Below are positions 48,818 to 59,161 of a stretch of DNA of 64,000 nucleotides, piece by piece. The DNA comes from an uncultured Acidobacteriota bacterium. Lineage in GTDB: Bacteria; Acidobacteriota; UBA6911. Position 1 is the first letter of the stretch; each line of letters opens with the position of its first letter. The notes under the pieces are model-generated. The model saw only the letters and a list, made by a program, of their open reading frames with translations, did not search any database and was not told the origin of the DNA. The DNA lies in assembly GCA_963827655.1 (NCBI GenBank), contig CAWHCF010000014.1, positions 32,001 through 96,000 on the forward strand, written 5' to 3'. Position numbers and translations under genes: made by a program.

Positions 48818-50032
48818 ATGAAGAATTCCTTGAATCGTCGACGGTTCATCGCAGGAATGGGAGCCACCGGCCTGGGAATCCTCACCGCCGGATCCTGGTC
48901 CAGGGTCCTTGGGGCCAACGATCGCATTGTCATGGGAATCCTGGGGGCCGGAGGCCGGGGACGTGGAGTAATGCGAATTTTTCTGAAGAATCCCGGAGTA
49001 GAGTTTGCTGCCGTCTGTGACGTCTACGAACACAATATCGGCGAGGGTATGAAAATCGCCGGCGACAAGGCCAGAAGCACCTACGAATACCGGGAGGTTC
49101 TCGACTCCAAAGATATCCAGGCCCTGCTCATCGCGACGCCCGACCACTGGCATGGCCCGATGCTTTTGGATGCGCTCGACGCCGGCAAAGATGTCTACCT
49201 GGAAAAGCCGATGTCCCACTCCATCAAGGAAGGGACCAGGATGGTGAAGAGAACGCGCGAGACCAAGCAAATTGTACAGATCGGCATGCAGCGGCGCAGT
49301 TCCCCGGCAGTCCAGGAAGCAAAGAAGCTCGTCGATGACGGAACCTTGGGAGACGTAGTCCTGGCCAAGGCACAGTGGCACTGGAACCGGAATCCGCTGC
49401 CCAAGAATGTTGAGCTCAAAGGAAAACTGGACTGGGATCGATTCGAGGCCCCGTGCAAGAATAAGCGACCCGTGGATCCTGTCCGATTCTCGGTATGGCG
49501 CAACTTCTGGGACTATTCCGGTGGGCATTGCACGGATCAGGGCACACACCTGATGGACGTGATCCAGTGGTTCCTCAATGAGGGGAACCCGCCACTCACG
49601 GCCCAATGCCATGGCGCCACATACAACCTGATCGGAGCGGAGGTGCCTGACACATTCTGCGCCGTTTACGAGTACCCCAAGTTTCTTGCCACCTGGACCC
49701 TGACGTACGGAAACTCCTATCATGACGGTTGGACCATCATCTTTCAGGGACGAAAGGGAACCATGGAGCTTGACGACCGCGGCTATCGAGTCTTTGCAGA
49801 GCCCTGGCCCAAGGACGGCCGGCAACCTGAACCTACCCTGGAGTACAAGGGTGGCATACCTACGGAACCGCACGTCGAAAACTTCCTCGAATGCGTGCGC
49901 AGCCGCAAGGAACCCAACGCGCCCGTGGAAGTGGGTCACCACGCCGTATGCGGCCCCCATCTCGCCAACATTTCATTGCACCGCAAGAAACGCGCCAAGC
50001 TCAATCCGGAGGCTAGCAAGGTTGAGACTTGA
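48818..50032 (+). CDS. Tat-exported Gfo/Idh/MocA oxidoreductase
   Basis: NRRRFI signal, [34 protein letters not shown]. Confidence 0.92.
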   Translation: MKNSLNRRRFIAGMGATGLGILTAGSWSRVLGANDRIVMGILGAGGRGRGVMRIFLKNPGVEFAAVCDVYEHNIGEGMKIAGDKARSTYEYREVLDSKDIQALLIATPDHWHGPMLLDALDAGKDVYLEKPMSHSIKEGTRMVKRTRETKQIVQIGMQRRSSPAVQEAKKLVDDGTLGDVVLAKAQWHWNRNPLPKNVELKGKLDWDRFEAPCKNKRPVDPVRFSVWRNFWDYSGGHCTDQGTHLMDVIQWFLNEGNPPLTAQCHGATYNLIGAEVPDTFCAVYEYPKFLATWTLTYGNSYHDGWTIIFQGRKGTMELDDRGYRVFAEPWPKDGRQPEPTLEYKGGIPTEPHVENFLECVRSRKEPNAPVEVGHHAVCGPHLANISLHRKKRAKLNPEASKVET

Positions 50033-50044
50033 AAAGCGCTCTCC

Positions 50045-51187
50045 ATGTGGCCGCTGAACCATAGAGCGGGCAAGGGGCTGCTTCTGATCGTGGTGATTGC
50101 GACAGCGGCAGTCCTTTACAACCCGCTCGCCCAACTCTTTCTTGCCGGCCGGTTGCTCCTTGCCGTCAGGGAAGTCGTGGCCGGTGACACCGGGACCAGT
50201 CTTGCCGTAAAGGAAACTAAAGTTCAGCGGTCGATGGGCAGCGAGAAACTGGAAGGGATTCTCTACGAGCCTTCCCGATCGAGACCGAGGTCCGGAGTAC
50301 TGCTGATCGCCGGAGTGAGCGAGCTTGGTTGCTATCACCCGCGCCTGGTGGCCATGTCCCGGACTCTGGCCGCCAAAGGATTCTTGGTAGTGACCCCGGA
50401 CATCGCGATGTTTCGGCAGTTCAAGGTCACGCCCGCGGTTCTGGACGAGATTGCATTCTGGTATACCGAGACGCGCGACCTGGCCGCCAGCAGGAAGATC
50501 GAGCGCATCGGAATCGCCGGAATCTCCTTCTCCGCGACTCTGGCGCTGATCGCGGCCGCACAACCTCAGGCTCGCGACACCGCCGGGTTCGTTCTGGGAA
50601 TCGGGGCCTACGACGACCTGCGTCGCTGCAGCCGCCAGTGGTTCTCGAGCTCTCAGGCCGGCGCGGGAGAGGGTTACTATCCAGTGCGTTTCTATGCAAA
50701 ATGGATCCTCATGCTTGCGGCACTGGACATGCTGGACGCGGATGAGGATCGAAAGTTCCTTCAAGAGGTCCTGCTCAGTCTATTGCTGCAGCGGCCCGTG
50801 ACGCAGGCGCCCGATAACCTGACCAGCGAGGGACGGCGCTGGCAGCGCCTCGCCGTGATGCCGGAGAACGAGTCGGATCCCGAGCTCGTCGCAGCGATCG
50901 AGAATTACCTGGCTCCGCGCCTTTACCGTCAGCTCTCTCCGGACCTGGCCGCAGCCGAAGTGCGTTGCCCCGTATTCCTCGTGCATGGAGCTTACGACGA
51001 TCTGATTCCTCCGACGGAAAGTGAAGCATTGAAAAAAAGGATACGGCGCGCGAAATCCTACATCCTCATCAGTCCGTTTCTTACCCATACCCATCCATTG
51101 CAAAGGACGCTGAGCTGGAGCGAAAAGAGCTCTGCCCTTCTGGACATGCTTGGGTTTTTCTACAATCTCGCCGGAGTAGTCCGGTAG
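50045..51187 (+). CDS. Membrane-anchored alpha/beta hydrolase
   Basis: N-terminal TM, GISFS nucleophile elbow, VHGAYDDLIP, LTH. Confidence 0.78.
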   Translation: MWPLNHRAGKGLLLIVVIATAAVLYNPLAQLFLAGRLLLAVREVVAGDTGTSLAVKETKVQRSMGSEKLEGILYEPSRSRPRSGVLLIAGVSELGCYHPRLVAMSRTLAAKGFLVVTPDIAMFRQFKVTPAVLDEIAFWYTETRDLAASRKIERIGIAGISFSATLALIAAAQPQARDTAGFVLGIGAYDDLRRCSRQWFSSSQAGAGEGYYPVRFYAKWILMLAALDMLDADEDRKFLQEVLLSLLLQRPVTQAPDNLTSEGRRWQRLAVMPENESDPELVAAIENYLAPRLYRQLSPDLAAAEVRCPVFLVHGAYDDLIPPTESEALKKRIRRAKSYILISPFLTHTHPLQRTLSWSEKSSALLDMLGFFYNLAGVVR

Positions 51188-51205
51188 TTCATCTCGGAGG
51201 TCGCC

Positions 51206-52120
51206 ATGCCGGCCCAAGGACGCTTGATTGCCTTCGCCTTGTTTTTAGCGCTTTTTAACATCAGTTGGGACGATTCAGGCTGGCCCAGACTGAACTATTC
51301 ACCGGTCCCCGATTGGCCTCACCTGCCCGAAGGATGGAATTTTGGTGAGGTTCCGGCGGTGGCGCTCGATGCCTCGGAAAACGTCTATGTTTTCAACCGC
51401 GGCCCGCATCCGCTGATTCAATTCTCCAACAGCGGCAAATTCGTGCGCTCGTTGCTGGAAGGAATGGTCACGTCCGCTCATGGACTGAGGATCGACCACG
51501 AAGGGAACATCTGGGCCGTGGACCACAGAGGTCACACCGTGCTCAAGCTCAATCCGGCCGGCCGCGTCGTGATGGTCCTGGGCCGGAAAGACCAGGCAGG
51601 TACAGATGAAACCCATTTCAACCAGCCTACGGACGTAGCGGTGGCACCCAATGGCGATTTCTATGTCACCGACGGATACGGGAACTCACGCGTGATGAAG
51701 TTTGCCAAAGATGGAAAACTCCTTCATCAGTGGGGAAAGAAAGGAACCGGCGAAGGAGAATTCAATCTGCCGCACTCGGTCATCCTGGATGGAGAAGGCC
51801 AGGTGTATGTGGCCGATCGTGAGAACAATCGAATCCAGGTATTCACTCCCGACGGGCGTTTCCTCCGGCAGCTAACTGACCTGGGTTCGCCGTGGGGCCT
51901 TGCCCTGACGCGCGATCAGGAGATTTTTATGGCGGACGGGCGAAACAACCGGGTGGTGAAGCTGACGCGTGAAGGCAGGATACTGGGCGGCTTCGGTTCG
52001 CCGGGCAAGAAGCCGGGTGAGTTTGCCTACGCCCATCACCTCGCCGTCAGTCCAAGCGGCGAGGTCTATGTTGCTGAGATTTTGAACTGGAGGGTCCAGA
52101 AGTTCCTGCCCAGGAGGTAG
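51206..52120 (+). CDS. NHL-repeat protein (peptidyl-alpha-hydroxyglycine alpha-amidating lyase-like)
   Basis: AHGLRID, FNQPTDVAV, DGYGNSRV, FNLPHSV, ADRENNRIQVF. Confidence 0.88.
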   Translation: MPAQGRLIAFALFLALFNISWDDSGWPRLNYSPVPDWPHLPEGWNFGEVPAVALDASENVYVFNRGPHPLIQFSNSGKFVRSLLEGMVTSAHGLRIDHEGNIWAVDHRGHTVLKLNPAGRVVMVLGRKDQAGTDETHFNQPTDVAVAPNGDFYVTDGYGNSRVMKFAKDGKLLHQWGKKGTGEGEFNLPHSVILDGEGQVYVADRENNRIQVFTPDGRFLRQLTDLGSPWGLALTRDQEIFMADGRNNRVVKLTREGRILGGFGSPGKKPGEFAYAHHLAVSPSGEVYVAEILNWRVQKFLPRR

Positions 52121-52156
52121 CGGGCTTCCGGCATGACGCGAAAGCGCCATGAAACG

Positions 52157-52540
52157 TTAAGCTTCTTCCTCCGCCACCGTGACGACGTTGCCTGTGAACT
52201 CGACCGCCTGGGCCCAGGCTCGCTCGACCTCCCCGCTGTCAGGATTTCGATACCAGGAGAGCTCCCACATTCTCTTGTTGTTGAGATCCCAGCTGACGAT
52301 CTGACCCTGGCGGTATTTCTTGACCACCGGCATGCACTCGATGGTTTTCTGATTCTGCTCCGGATCCTCGCACCGAAGAACTACAAGGCGGGCGCCCTGC
52401 ACCTCCTTCTCGCACTTTGAATCCGAATAGAAGGGAAGATCCGCATGCAGCACACGATAAGGACGCGCCGGCATGGATGTGGTTTCCTCTGGCTCGGGAT
52501 TGTCGGGTGGTAGCTCATCGGGACGACGCTGTTGCGGCAT
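52157..52540 (-). CDS. Hypothetical protein
   Basis: ORF with natural composition (LPFYSD, SWYRNP), convergent with the NHL gene. Confidence 0.65.
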   Translation of the reverse strand: MPQQRRPDELPPDNPEPEETTSMPARPYRVLHADLPFYSDSKCEKEVQGARLVVLRCEDPEQNQKTIECMPVVKKYRQGQIVSWDLNNKRMWELSWYRNPDSGEVERAWAQAVEFTGNVVTVAEEEA

Positions 52541-52604
52541 TTTGACCCTCCTCACGGGTAAGAGAATTCTAGGTTGCGGAGGAAAAAAATGTCAACCCCG
52601 GGAC

Positions 52605-52760
52605 TAACCACGAGACGAAGACTCTAAGGTTCGTCCGGGGACTTCGCCCGAACGAAAGGCCCCTTGGAACGACAACATGTTGGTTTGAACGTTTCGCTAA
52701 GCGCCTAAGAACACGAAGAAAAACCTGAGTGTCTTGTTGTCTTAGAATCTCTGTGGTTAG
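52605..52760. repeat. Family-A element (degenerate, long loop)
   Basis: CTAACCACGAGACGAAGACTCTAAG ... CTTAGAATCTCTGTGGTTAG. Confidence 0.6.
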
Positions 52761-52834
52761 TGCTTGCGTTCTCGCATTGTAATCGCGCATGCCGTCCCAT
52801 AGAATTGCCCCTTTTGCGAGGACTAAACAGAACT

Positions 52835-53890
52835 ATGCAGGCAGTCTATGCAGTGGTCATGGCCGGAGGTCGGGGGGAACGTTTCTGGCCGCTGAGTACC
52901 AGCCAGCTGGCGAAGCCCTTCATTCCACTCCTGGGCCCAACCACTCTGATTCAAGATACGGTCAGCAGGCTGCACCCATTGGTGCCGCCCGAGAGAATCC
53001 TGATTTCCATCGGCGAAGCGCATCACGGACTGGCCCGCCAGCAACTTCCCGGCATTCCCGACGCGAACTTCATTGTCGAACCTGCGGGACGCGACACCGC
53101 CGCCTGCCTCGGCTTATGCGCTATCCACCTGGAGGAGCGGAATCCGGACGCCATCATGCTGGCTGTTCCTGCCGACCACTTCGTCGGCGAGCCGGACGAC
53201 TATCGCCGAACTTTGCAGATTGGAATTGACCATCTGCCGGGTGCCACCGGAGTTGTTTTCGGGGTTCGCCCGGTTCGGCCTGATACGAGTTACGGCTACA
53301 TCTGCGCCCAAAGACCCGCGCCTCAATCCCAGGCCTGGCCTGTGATCCGCTTCGTGGAAAAGCCCGATGCCGCCACTGCGGAACAGTATTTCAAGTCCGG
53401 AGACTACTTCTGGAACAGTGGCATCTTCTTGTGGCGCAACCGGACCTTGCTGGACCTCTTTCAAGAACATCTGCCCAGGTCGTACCAATGCCTGCGCGAA
53501 CTGCAAGCTCTGCTGCGCCAGGGGGAAAGCCCGCAGGAGATGCTGAGGGTTTTTGCGTCCATGGAACGTATTTCCGTGGATTTCGGAATCGCCGAGAAAG
53601 CCTCCGGGCTTCGTCTTGTCCCGGTAGAGTTCGCCTGGGACGACATCGGTAACTGGAGCGCTCTGGAACGAGCGCTTCCCGCCGATTCGCACGGAAATGT
53701 ATCGCGGGGTGCCCACGTGCCGGTCAACACGAAGAATTGCATCGTGTATTCGGACGCCGGACCCGTAGCTACTTTTGGCGTTGAGAATCTCGTGGTGATC
53801 CAGGCTTATGGTAAGGTCTTGGTGTGTCCTAAAGAACGTGCCACAGACTTGAAGCGTCTGGTCACCGCGCTCGGACCTCATCAGGATTGA
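52835..53890 (+). CDS. manC: Mannose-1-phosphate guanylyltransferase
   Basis: MAGGRGERFWPLS, EPAGRDTA, PADH, FVEKP, WNSGIF, WDDIGNW. Confidence 0.9.
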   Translation: MQAVYAVVMAGGRGERFWPLSTSQLAKPFIPLLGPTTLIQDTVSRLHPLVPPERILISIGEAHHGLARQQLPGIPDANFIVEPAGRDTAACLGLCAIHLEERNPDAIMLAVPADHFVGEPDDYRRTLQIGIDHLPGATGVVFGVRPVRPDTSYGYICAQRPAPQSQAWPVIRFVEKPDAATAEQYFKSGDYFWNSGIFLWRNRTLLDLFQEHLPRSYQCLRELQALLRQGESPQEMLRVFASMERISVDFGIAEKASGLRLVPVEFAWDDIGNWSALERALPADSHGNVSRGAHVPVNTKNCIVYSDAGPVATFGVENLVVIQAYGKVLVCPKERATDLKRLVTALGPHQD

Positions 53891-53893
53891 GCC

Positions 53894-53958
53894 GAGTGCT
53901 GAGTAGAAAGTATCAACAGCAAGTTTTTACTCAGCACTTTCAACTTTAGACTTTCTAC
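53894..53958. repeat. Heptamer-type intergenic hairpin
   Basis: GAGTGCTGAGTAGAAA ... TTTTACTCAGCACTTT followed by CAACTTT AGACTTT CTACT, between a stop codon and the argG RBS. Confidence 0.65.
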
Positions 53959-53974
53959 TGACTGAGGAGAATAC

Positions 53975-55243
53975 ATGAGCTCAAAGGCAAACAAAGTCGT
54001 CCTCGCTTACAGTGGAGGGCTGGATACGTCGATCATAATTCCCTGGTTGAAAGAAAACTACGGAGCGGAGGTAATAGCCTTTGCGGCCGACATAGGCCAG
54101 GGCGAGGAATTGTCGGGACTGGAGGACAAAGCAATTCGGACGGGAGCATCCCGGTGCATCATCGAAGACCTGCGCGACGAGTTCATCCGCGAATTCGCTT
54201 TTCCGACTCTGCGCGCCGGAGCAATCTACGAACGGAAGTATCTGCTTGGAACTTCATTCGCCCGTCCGCTGATTGCAAGGCGCCAGGTCGAAATAGCGGA
54301 ACAGGAAGGCGCGGATGCTGTCGCTCACGGCTGCACCGGAAAAGGGAATGACCAGGTGCGATTCGAGCTCGCCTACAAGGCGCTCAATCCCAAGCTGAAG
54401 GTCATCGCACCGTGGCGCGAATGGGACATCAAGTCGCGCGAAGATGAAATCGACTATGCACAGTCCCGCAAGATACCGATTACCGCCACGAAAGATAAGA
54501 TCTACAGCGAGGATCGGAACCTCTGGCATCTCAGTCACGAAGGGGGCGTTCTAGAGAACCCGTGGAATGAGCCCAACGAGGACATGTTCGTGCTCACGGC
54601 TTCCCCGGAACGCGCGCCTGACAAAGCTCAGTATGTCGAGATCGAGTTTGAACGAGGAACACCGATCGCGGTGGACGGGAAATCTCTGGATCCTGCTCCA
54701 CTGGTTCAGCGCTTGAACGAGATCGGGGGGATTCATGGAGTCGGCCGGGCCGATCTGGTGGAGAATCGCCTGGTTGGTATCAAATCGCGCGGCGTTTACG
54801 AAACCCCGGGCGGGACGCTCATCGTGTCAGCGCACCGGGAACTCGAGAGCTTGACCCTCGACCGCGCCACCCTTCACTTCAAGGATCTGCTCGCGGCGCA
54901 ATACGCCGAGCTGGTTTACAACGGCCAGTGGTTCTCCCCGCTGCGGCAAGCTCTGGACGGGTTCGTGAACTCCACCCAGGCGCGCGTCACCGGAACCGTG
55001 AGGCTGAAGCTCTTCAAGGGAAACGTAATCATCGCTGGAAGAAAATCTCAGTATTCTCTCTACCGGGAAGATCTGGCCACTTTCAGCGCGGACACTGTCT
55101 ACGACCAGAAGGAAGCCGAGGGTTTCATCAACCTGTTCGGCCTCCCCAGCAAAGTCGAGGCGCTTCTCGACCTGGCCGGGGTTCGCAAGACGGATTACCG
55201 GCAGCGTCAAAGCCGCTCGCCCGCAAAGACTCTAAGTCGCTGA
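53975..55243 (+). CDS. argG: Argininosuccinate synthase
   Basis: [35 protein letters not shown]. Confidence 0.97.
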   Translation: MSSKANKVVLAYSGGLDTSIIIPWLKENYGAEVIAFAADIGQGEELSGLEDKAIRTGASRCIIEDLRDEFIREFAFPTLRAGAIYERKYLLGTSFARPLIARRQVEIAEQEGADAVAHGCTGKGNDQVRFELAYKALNPKLKVIAPWREWDIKSREDEIDYAQSRKIPITATKDKIYSEDRNLWHLSHEGGVLENPWNEPNEDMFVLTASPERAPDKAQYVEIEFERGTPIAVDGKSLDPAPLVQRLNEIGGIHGVGRADLVENRLVGIKSRGVYETPGGTLIVSAHRELESLTLDRATLHFKDLLAAQYAELVYNGQWFSPLRQALDGFVNSTQARVTGTVRLKLFKGNVIIAGRKSQYSLYREDLATFSADTVYDQKEAEGFINLFGLPSKVEALLDLAGVRKTDYRQRQSRSPAKTLSR

Positions 55244-55300
55244 AAGGATCGCCAGGAACCGTTTTTGTTATAATGCCGGAAACTATTTGGAGTGAGGTTA

Positions 55301-55627
55301 ATGCCCAAGGTCAAATTCCTGAATCAGAAGACGGAGCTTGAAGTCCCCCAGGGAGCAAACCTGCGCAAGGAAGCCCTGCGGGCCGGCATCCAGCTTTACC
55401 CCGGAATTCATAAGTACCTCAACTGCCGTGGATTTGCTCTGTGCGCCAAGTGCGCGGTACTGGTAAAGGAAGGCAGGGAAAACTGCTCTCCCCCCGGATG
55501 GCGCGAGAGGCTCCGCCTTTTTCTCAGCTATCTTCCGATTGGCCGCGAGGGGCAGGTACGCCTCGCCTGCCAGACCCAAGTGGTTGGCGACATCGGCGTC
55601 GAGACCACACCCAAGCTTAAGATGTAG
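55301..55627 (+). CDS. 2Fe-2S ferredoxin
   Basis: NCRGFALCAKC...RLACQ. Confidence 0.85.
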   Translation: MPKVKFLNQKTELEVPQGANLRKEALRAGIQLYPGIHKYLNCRGFALCAKCAVLVKEGRENCSPPGWRERLRLFLSYLPIGREGQVRLACQTQVVGDIGVETTPKLKM

Positions 55628-55685
55628 GATGTTCCTTCGCGTCTTTGCATTACTACGCCGTAACTTCTTGCTTTTTGGGCAAGCC

Positions 55686-55770
55686 CCTTGGTGTTTCTTC
55701 GTGTCTTTGAGTCTTAGTGGTATTTGTTAGACAGCTCTAACCACGAAGACACGAAGAAACACTAAGACAC
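55686..55770. repeat. Family-A element with TATTTGTTAGACAGCTCTAA core
   Basis: Near-duplicate of 61864-61953. Confidence 0.85.
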
Positions 55771-55800
55771 TCGGTTGCGGCCTCACGGCTCCTTTGCGCC

Positions 55801-57033
55801 TTAGCGGTCATCTGGATTCTTCAATATTTCCCAGGTTTGATGGGCCGCCTGCTGGAGCGCGGTATCAATATCCATCTCCCCGACGATCGCGGCTCGCACC
55901 GACGTCCAGAGAGCGTCTTCGACAGCAGGATACTCGGGGAATTTCGGTGGGATCAGCATGTGGTTCTCGACCGTGATTCGCAGCAGGTCGAGCCGGTGCG
56001 AATCGAGTGAGCCGGGCGGCGTTTCAGCCTGGATCCTGGCTTGGATTTCGGACCTCGCCGGAAGGGCGCCCAGTGTCGCCTCCAGGTACTGGCTGTCTCC
56101 AGATGTGAGAAACCGCAGCAACGACAGAGCTCGTTCGAGATTCCGAACGCTTCGCGGAATTGCGAACGTGTGGCCGCCGGAATAGACGAAGCGTTTTCCC
56201 GAAGGGCCCACCGGGTACAAGGCAACGCCGAACCTGTCAGCGACCTTCGAGGTTGCCGGATTCTTGAACAGGTGGTATCCGCCGGGCCAGTCGGTCGTCA
56301 TAGCAGCGCGGCCATCGACGAAGAATTGAGTCACCTCGTCGTAATGCCAGTTCGCAACATCGTGCGGCACGATGCCCTTTTGATAGAGGTTGGTTAAAAG
56401 GCCAAGAGCCCATCGGGCCGCCTCTTCCTGAAAGTTGAGACTGGGTCCTTCACCGAAGAGATCGCCGCCAGCCATCGCATCCAGCTCGAAAAAATGCCCG
56501 AACAAACCGGAGAAGCTGCCAGGAAAGACAAAGCCATACATCGCGGGAGGGCGCGTGAAAAACACCGCGGTGTCCCAGAGTTCGTCCCAGGTTTGGGGAA
56601 TCCGCAGCTCTTGACCATACCGGTTTTGATAAGCTTCCTTGTTGCCGGCATCGTCAAAAAGATCGGTGCGGTAATAGAGCAATTTGACGTCGATATTGCG
56701 CGGAATCCCGTACAGGCGGCCGTCGATTCGAGCATGTTCCAGCATAGCGGGAGAGAATGGGTCCAATTCCGCGTTCAACAAGTCGTCGAGAGGCCGCAGA
56801 AATTCTCGTTGAGATGGGGCGTATTTAGTATGGGTGGAAATCAGATCGTAGCCGGGATCGCGGCCGCCGGCAAAATCGGCCGCCATGCGAGCGTTGAGCG
56901 CCGGATGATTGAGCCGCACGGCAATGTCAACGCGAGTTCCGGTTTCGGATTCAAACTGTGGTATCCGTTGGTACAGGCGATCGTACATCGGCCCGTCTAC
57001 AAGCGCGACCTTTAGAATGTTTTCGTCGGACAT
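55801..57033 (-). CDS. Sugar-type ABC substrate-binding protein (family 1), no signal peptide
   Basis: DGRLYGIP, LLYYRTDLF, PQTWDEL, FVDGRAAM. Start trimmed to 57033 because the longer ORF runs into the MITE. Confidence 0.85.
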   Translation of the reverse strand: MSDENILKVALVDGPMYDRLYQRIPQFESETGTRVDIAVRLNHPALNARMAADFAGGRDPGYDLISTHTKYAPSQREFLRPLDDLLNAELDPFSPAMLEHARIDGRLYGIPRNIDVKLLYYRTDLFDDAGNKEAYQNRYGQELRIPQTWDELWDTAVFFTRPPAMYGFVFPGSFSGLFGHFFELDAMAGGDLFGEGPSLNFQEEAARWALGLLTNLYQKGIVPHDVANWHYDEVTQFFVDGRAAMTTDWPGGYHLFKNPATSKVADRFGVALYPVGPSGKRFVYSGGHTFAIPRSVRNLERALSLLRFLTSGDSQYLEATLGALPARSEIQARIQAETPPGSLDSHRLDLLRITVENHMLIPPKFPEYPAVEDALWTSVRAAIVGEMDIDTALQQAAHQTWEILKNPDDR

Positions 57034-57057
57034 GGCTCTCAAATACCACAAATACCA

Positions 57058-57282
57058 AGGGTTCGCGCAGAAATAAGTTCGCATTCTGCTGCAGGCCCCC
57101 AGGCCCGCTGGCGAGGCGCGAGCGACGATGCGTACCCGGTGCGGTACGTGAGGAGCGAGCAACAAAGCCAGCGGGCCTGCGGGCCGCAGCCCGAAGGGGA
57201 GCGATACTATGCTACTTAACAAACCGGTTCATGATTGCCACCGACCCTTGCGCCAGAATGTGAAGTTATTTCGCGCGACCCT
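57058..57282. mobile_element. MITE copy 2 (~225 bp)
   Basis: Same TIRs and body as 24413-24647; interrupts a family-A arm. Confidence 0.88.
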
Positions 57283-57415
57283 AGGACTCAAAGACACGAA
57301 GAAACACCAAGAAATCACGTATGAATGTGGAATGATGCTAAGCTTGGTTCGTCCCGGATTGGATTGAACGGGCGCGGCATTCTACCCCCTGCGCCCTTTT
57401 CAAAAGACTCTGGAT

Positions 57416-59071
57416 ATGCACGACGCCACTGGAGTTCCCTTCCCCAAGATTCCGCACCAGTCCGAGTTGTTTCTCGACTACCTGGCGCAGTCACCCAAGG
57501 CGCTGTCTTTCTACCGCCGGCCGCCAACGGTGGAGAGTTTCGAGCGCGCCGCGCGGGAAGACATTCCCGGAATTACCATCCCCCGCCGCGAGATCGCGGT
57601 TATTCTCAGGCGTCAGAATGAGGCCTACGGCTCCGCCCCTCGGACGATGGATCACATTCAGGAGCTGGAGGAAACCGACTGCGCCGCAATCGTCACCGGG
57701 CAGCAGGTGGGCCTCTTCACCGGCCCACTCTACACCATTCATAAAGCGTTCACAGCCATTCGCATTGCGCTGGACTTGCGTCGCCGCGGCGTCCGCGCCG
57801 TCCCTGTCTTCTGGATGGATTCAGAGGACCACGACCTGGCCGAGGTCACCCGCGTCTCGATCCTCGGACCCGAGTCTGTCCCGCAAACGCTCGACTACCG
57901 TCCGCTGCTCTTTCAGGACACCAATCAAAACGAAAAGGCGCGCGCCGTAGGATCGATCGCGTTCCCGACCTCCATTCACGAAGCCACCGAACATTATCTG
58001 GCTTCACTCGCGGGCTCGCCCTGGCAGAACGAGGTTCGATCTCAACTACAATCAACCTATAGCCCGGCGTCTACGTTTGCCCAGTCCTTCGGCCGTCTCA
58101 TGGCACGCCTCTTCCGGGACCTCGGCCTCGTTCTGTTTGATCCTCAAGATCGCGAGGCAAAGCGCCTGCTCTCCGACCTGATCGAGAGGTCGGTGCGCAA
58201 CTCCCATCAGATTTATGAGCGACTGCTGGCGCGCAACGTCGCGCTTCAAGACTCGGGTTATCATACCCAGGTCAGCGTGCTCGAGAATTCCACCGTTCTC
58301 TTTCTGCACGACGAAGGAGAAAGGAAAGCTCTCACGCGCCTCGACAGCGGATTCGGTCTCAAGAATTCCGACAGGCGCTTCACCGAATCGGAGCTGGCCC
58401 GGCTGGCACAGGCCGCTCCCGAAAACTTCAGCCCTAACGTGCTGCTTCGACCGCTGGTTCAGGATCATCTCTTCCCGACGATCGGTTACGTGGCCGGTCC
58501 CTCGGAAATAGCCTACTTCTCCCAGATCCAGGTCCTGTACGAGCTGTTCGGGCGGCCGATGCCGGTCATATGGCCACGCGCCAGCATGACGTTTCTCGAG
58601 CCCGAGACCAGCGCCGAAATGAAGGCGGCCGGTCTCGCATTCGAGGACTGCTTGCAAGGCAAGCATCACGTCGTGGAACGACTGATCACCGCCAACAACG
58701 ATTCAAACACCAATCTCATGCTTCAACAACTTCGGGAAGTCCTGGACCGCGAACTGCAGGAACTGCGACCCGACATGGAGGCGGCTGACTCTTCGCTTGG
58801 ACCCGCGCTCGAGACAACAAGTCGCAAGATTTTCCACCAGGTTGAAGCATTGCAGACCAAGTTCATCCATTTCGAGACGCGGCACAACCGGGCCATTCTG
58901 AATAAGGCCGACTTTCTCTTGAATAACTGCTACCCTAACAAGAACCTTCAGGAACGCGAGCTCGGCATAAACTACTTTCTCGCCCGCCACGGTCCCTCGT
59001 TCATGGCGGAGATCTTTGCGCAGGTGGAGCCTGAGTCATTTGTGCATAAAGTCATTTCGATTGACGATTGA
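57416..59071 (+). CDS. bshC: Bacillithiol biosynthesis cysteine-adding enzyme BshC
   Basis: IVTGQQVGLFTGPLYTIHKA, VPVFWMDSEDHDLAE, FSPNVLLRPLVQD, GPSEIAY, LQERE. Confidence 0.92.
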   Translation: MHDATGVPFPKIPHQSELFLDYLAQSPKALSFYRRPPTVESFERAAREDIPGITIPRREIAVILRRQNEAYGSAPRTMDHIQELEETDCAAIVTGQQVGLFTGPLYTIHKAFTAIRIALDLRRRGVRAVPVFWMDSEDHDLAEVTRVSILGPESVPQTLDYRPLLFQDTNQNEKARAVGSIAFPTSIHEATEHYLASLAGSPWQNEVRSQLQSTYSPASTFAQSFGRLMARLFRDLGLVLFDPQDREAKRLLSDLIERSVRNSHQIYERLLARNVALQDSGYHTQVSVLENSTVLFLHDEGERKALTRLDSGFGLKNSDRRFTESELARLAQAAPENFSPNVLLRPLVQDHLFPTIGYVAGPSEIAYFSQIQVLYELFGRPMPVIWPRASMTFLEPETSAEMKAAGLAFEDCLQGKHHVVERLITANNDSNTNLMLQQLREVLDRELQELRPDMEAADSSLGPALETTSRKIFHQVEALQTKFIHFETRHNRAILNKADFLLNNCYPNKNLQERELGINYFLARHGPSFMAEIFAQVEPESFVHKVISIDD

Positions 59072-59146
59072 CGATTGACGATTGACGATTGAAAACCACT
59101 CAATAGGTTTTTCAATCGTCAATCGTAAATCGTCAATCGTAAATTG
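59058..59146. repeat. Family-B heptamer hairpin (GATTGAC)n...(GTCAATC)n
   Basis: About five units per arm with loop ACTCAATA. It provides the last codons and TGA stop of bshC. Confidence 0.92.
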
Positions 59147-59161
59147 ATTCGGGGAGGGTCC

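Noticed and set aside
57034-57222. Long N-terminal extension or signal peptide of the SBP
   Set aside because: It is translated MITE sequence.
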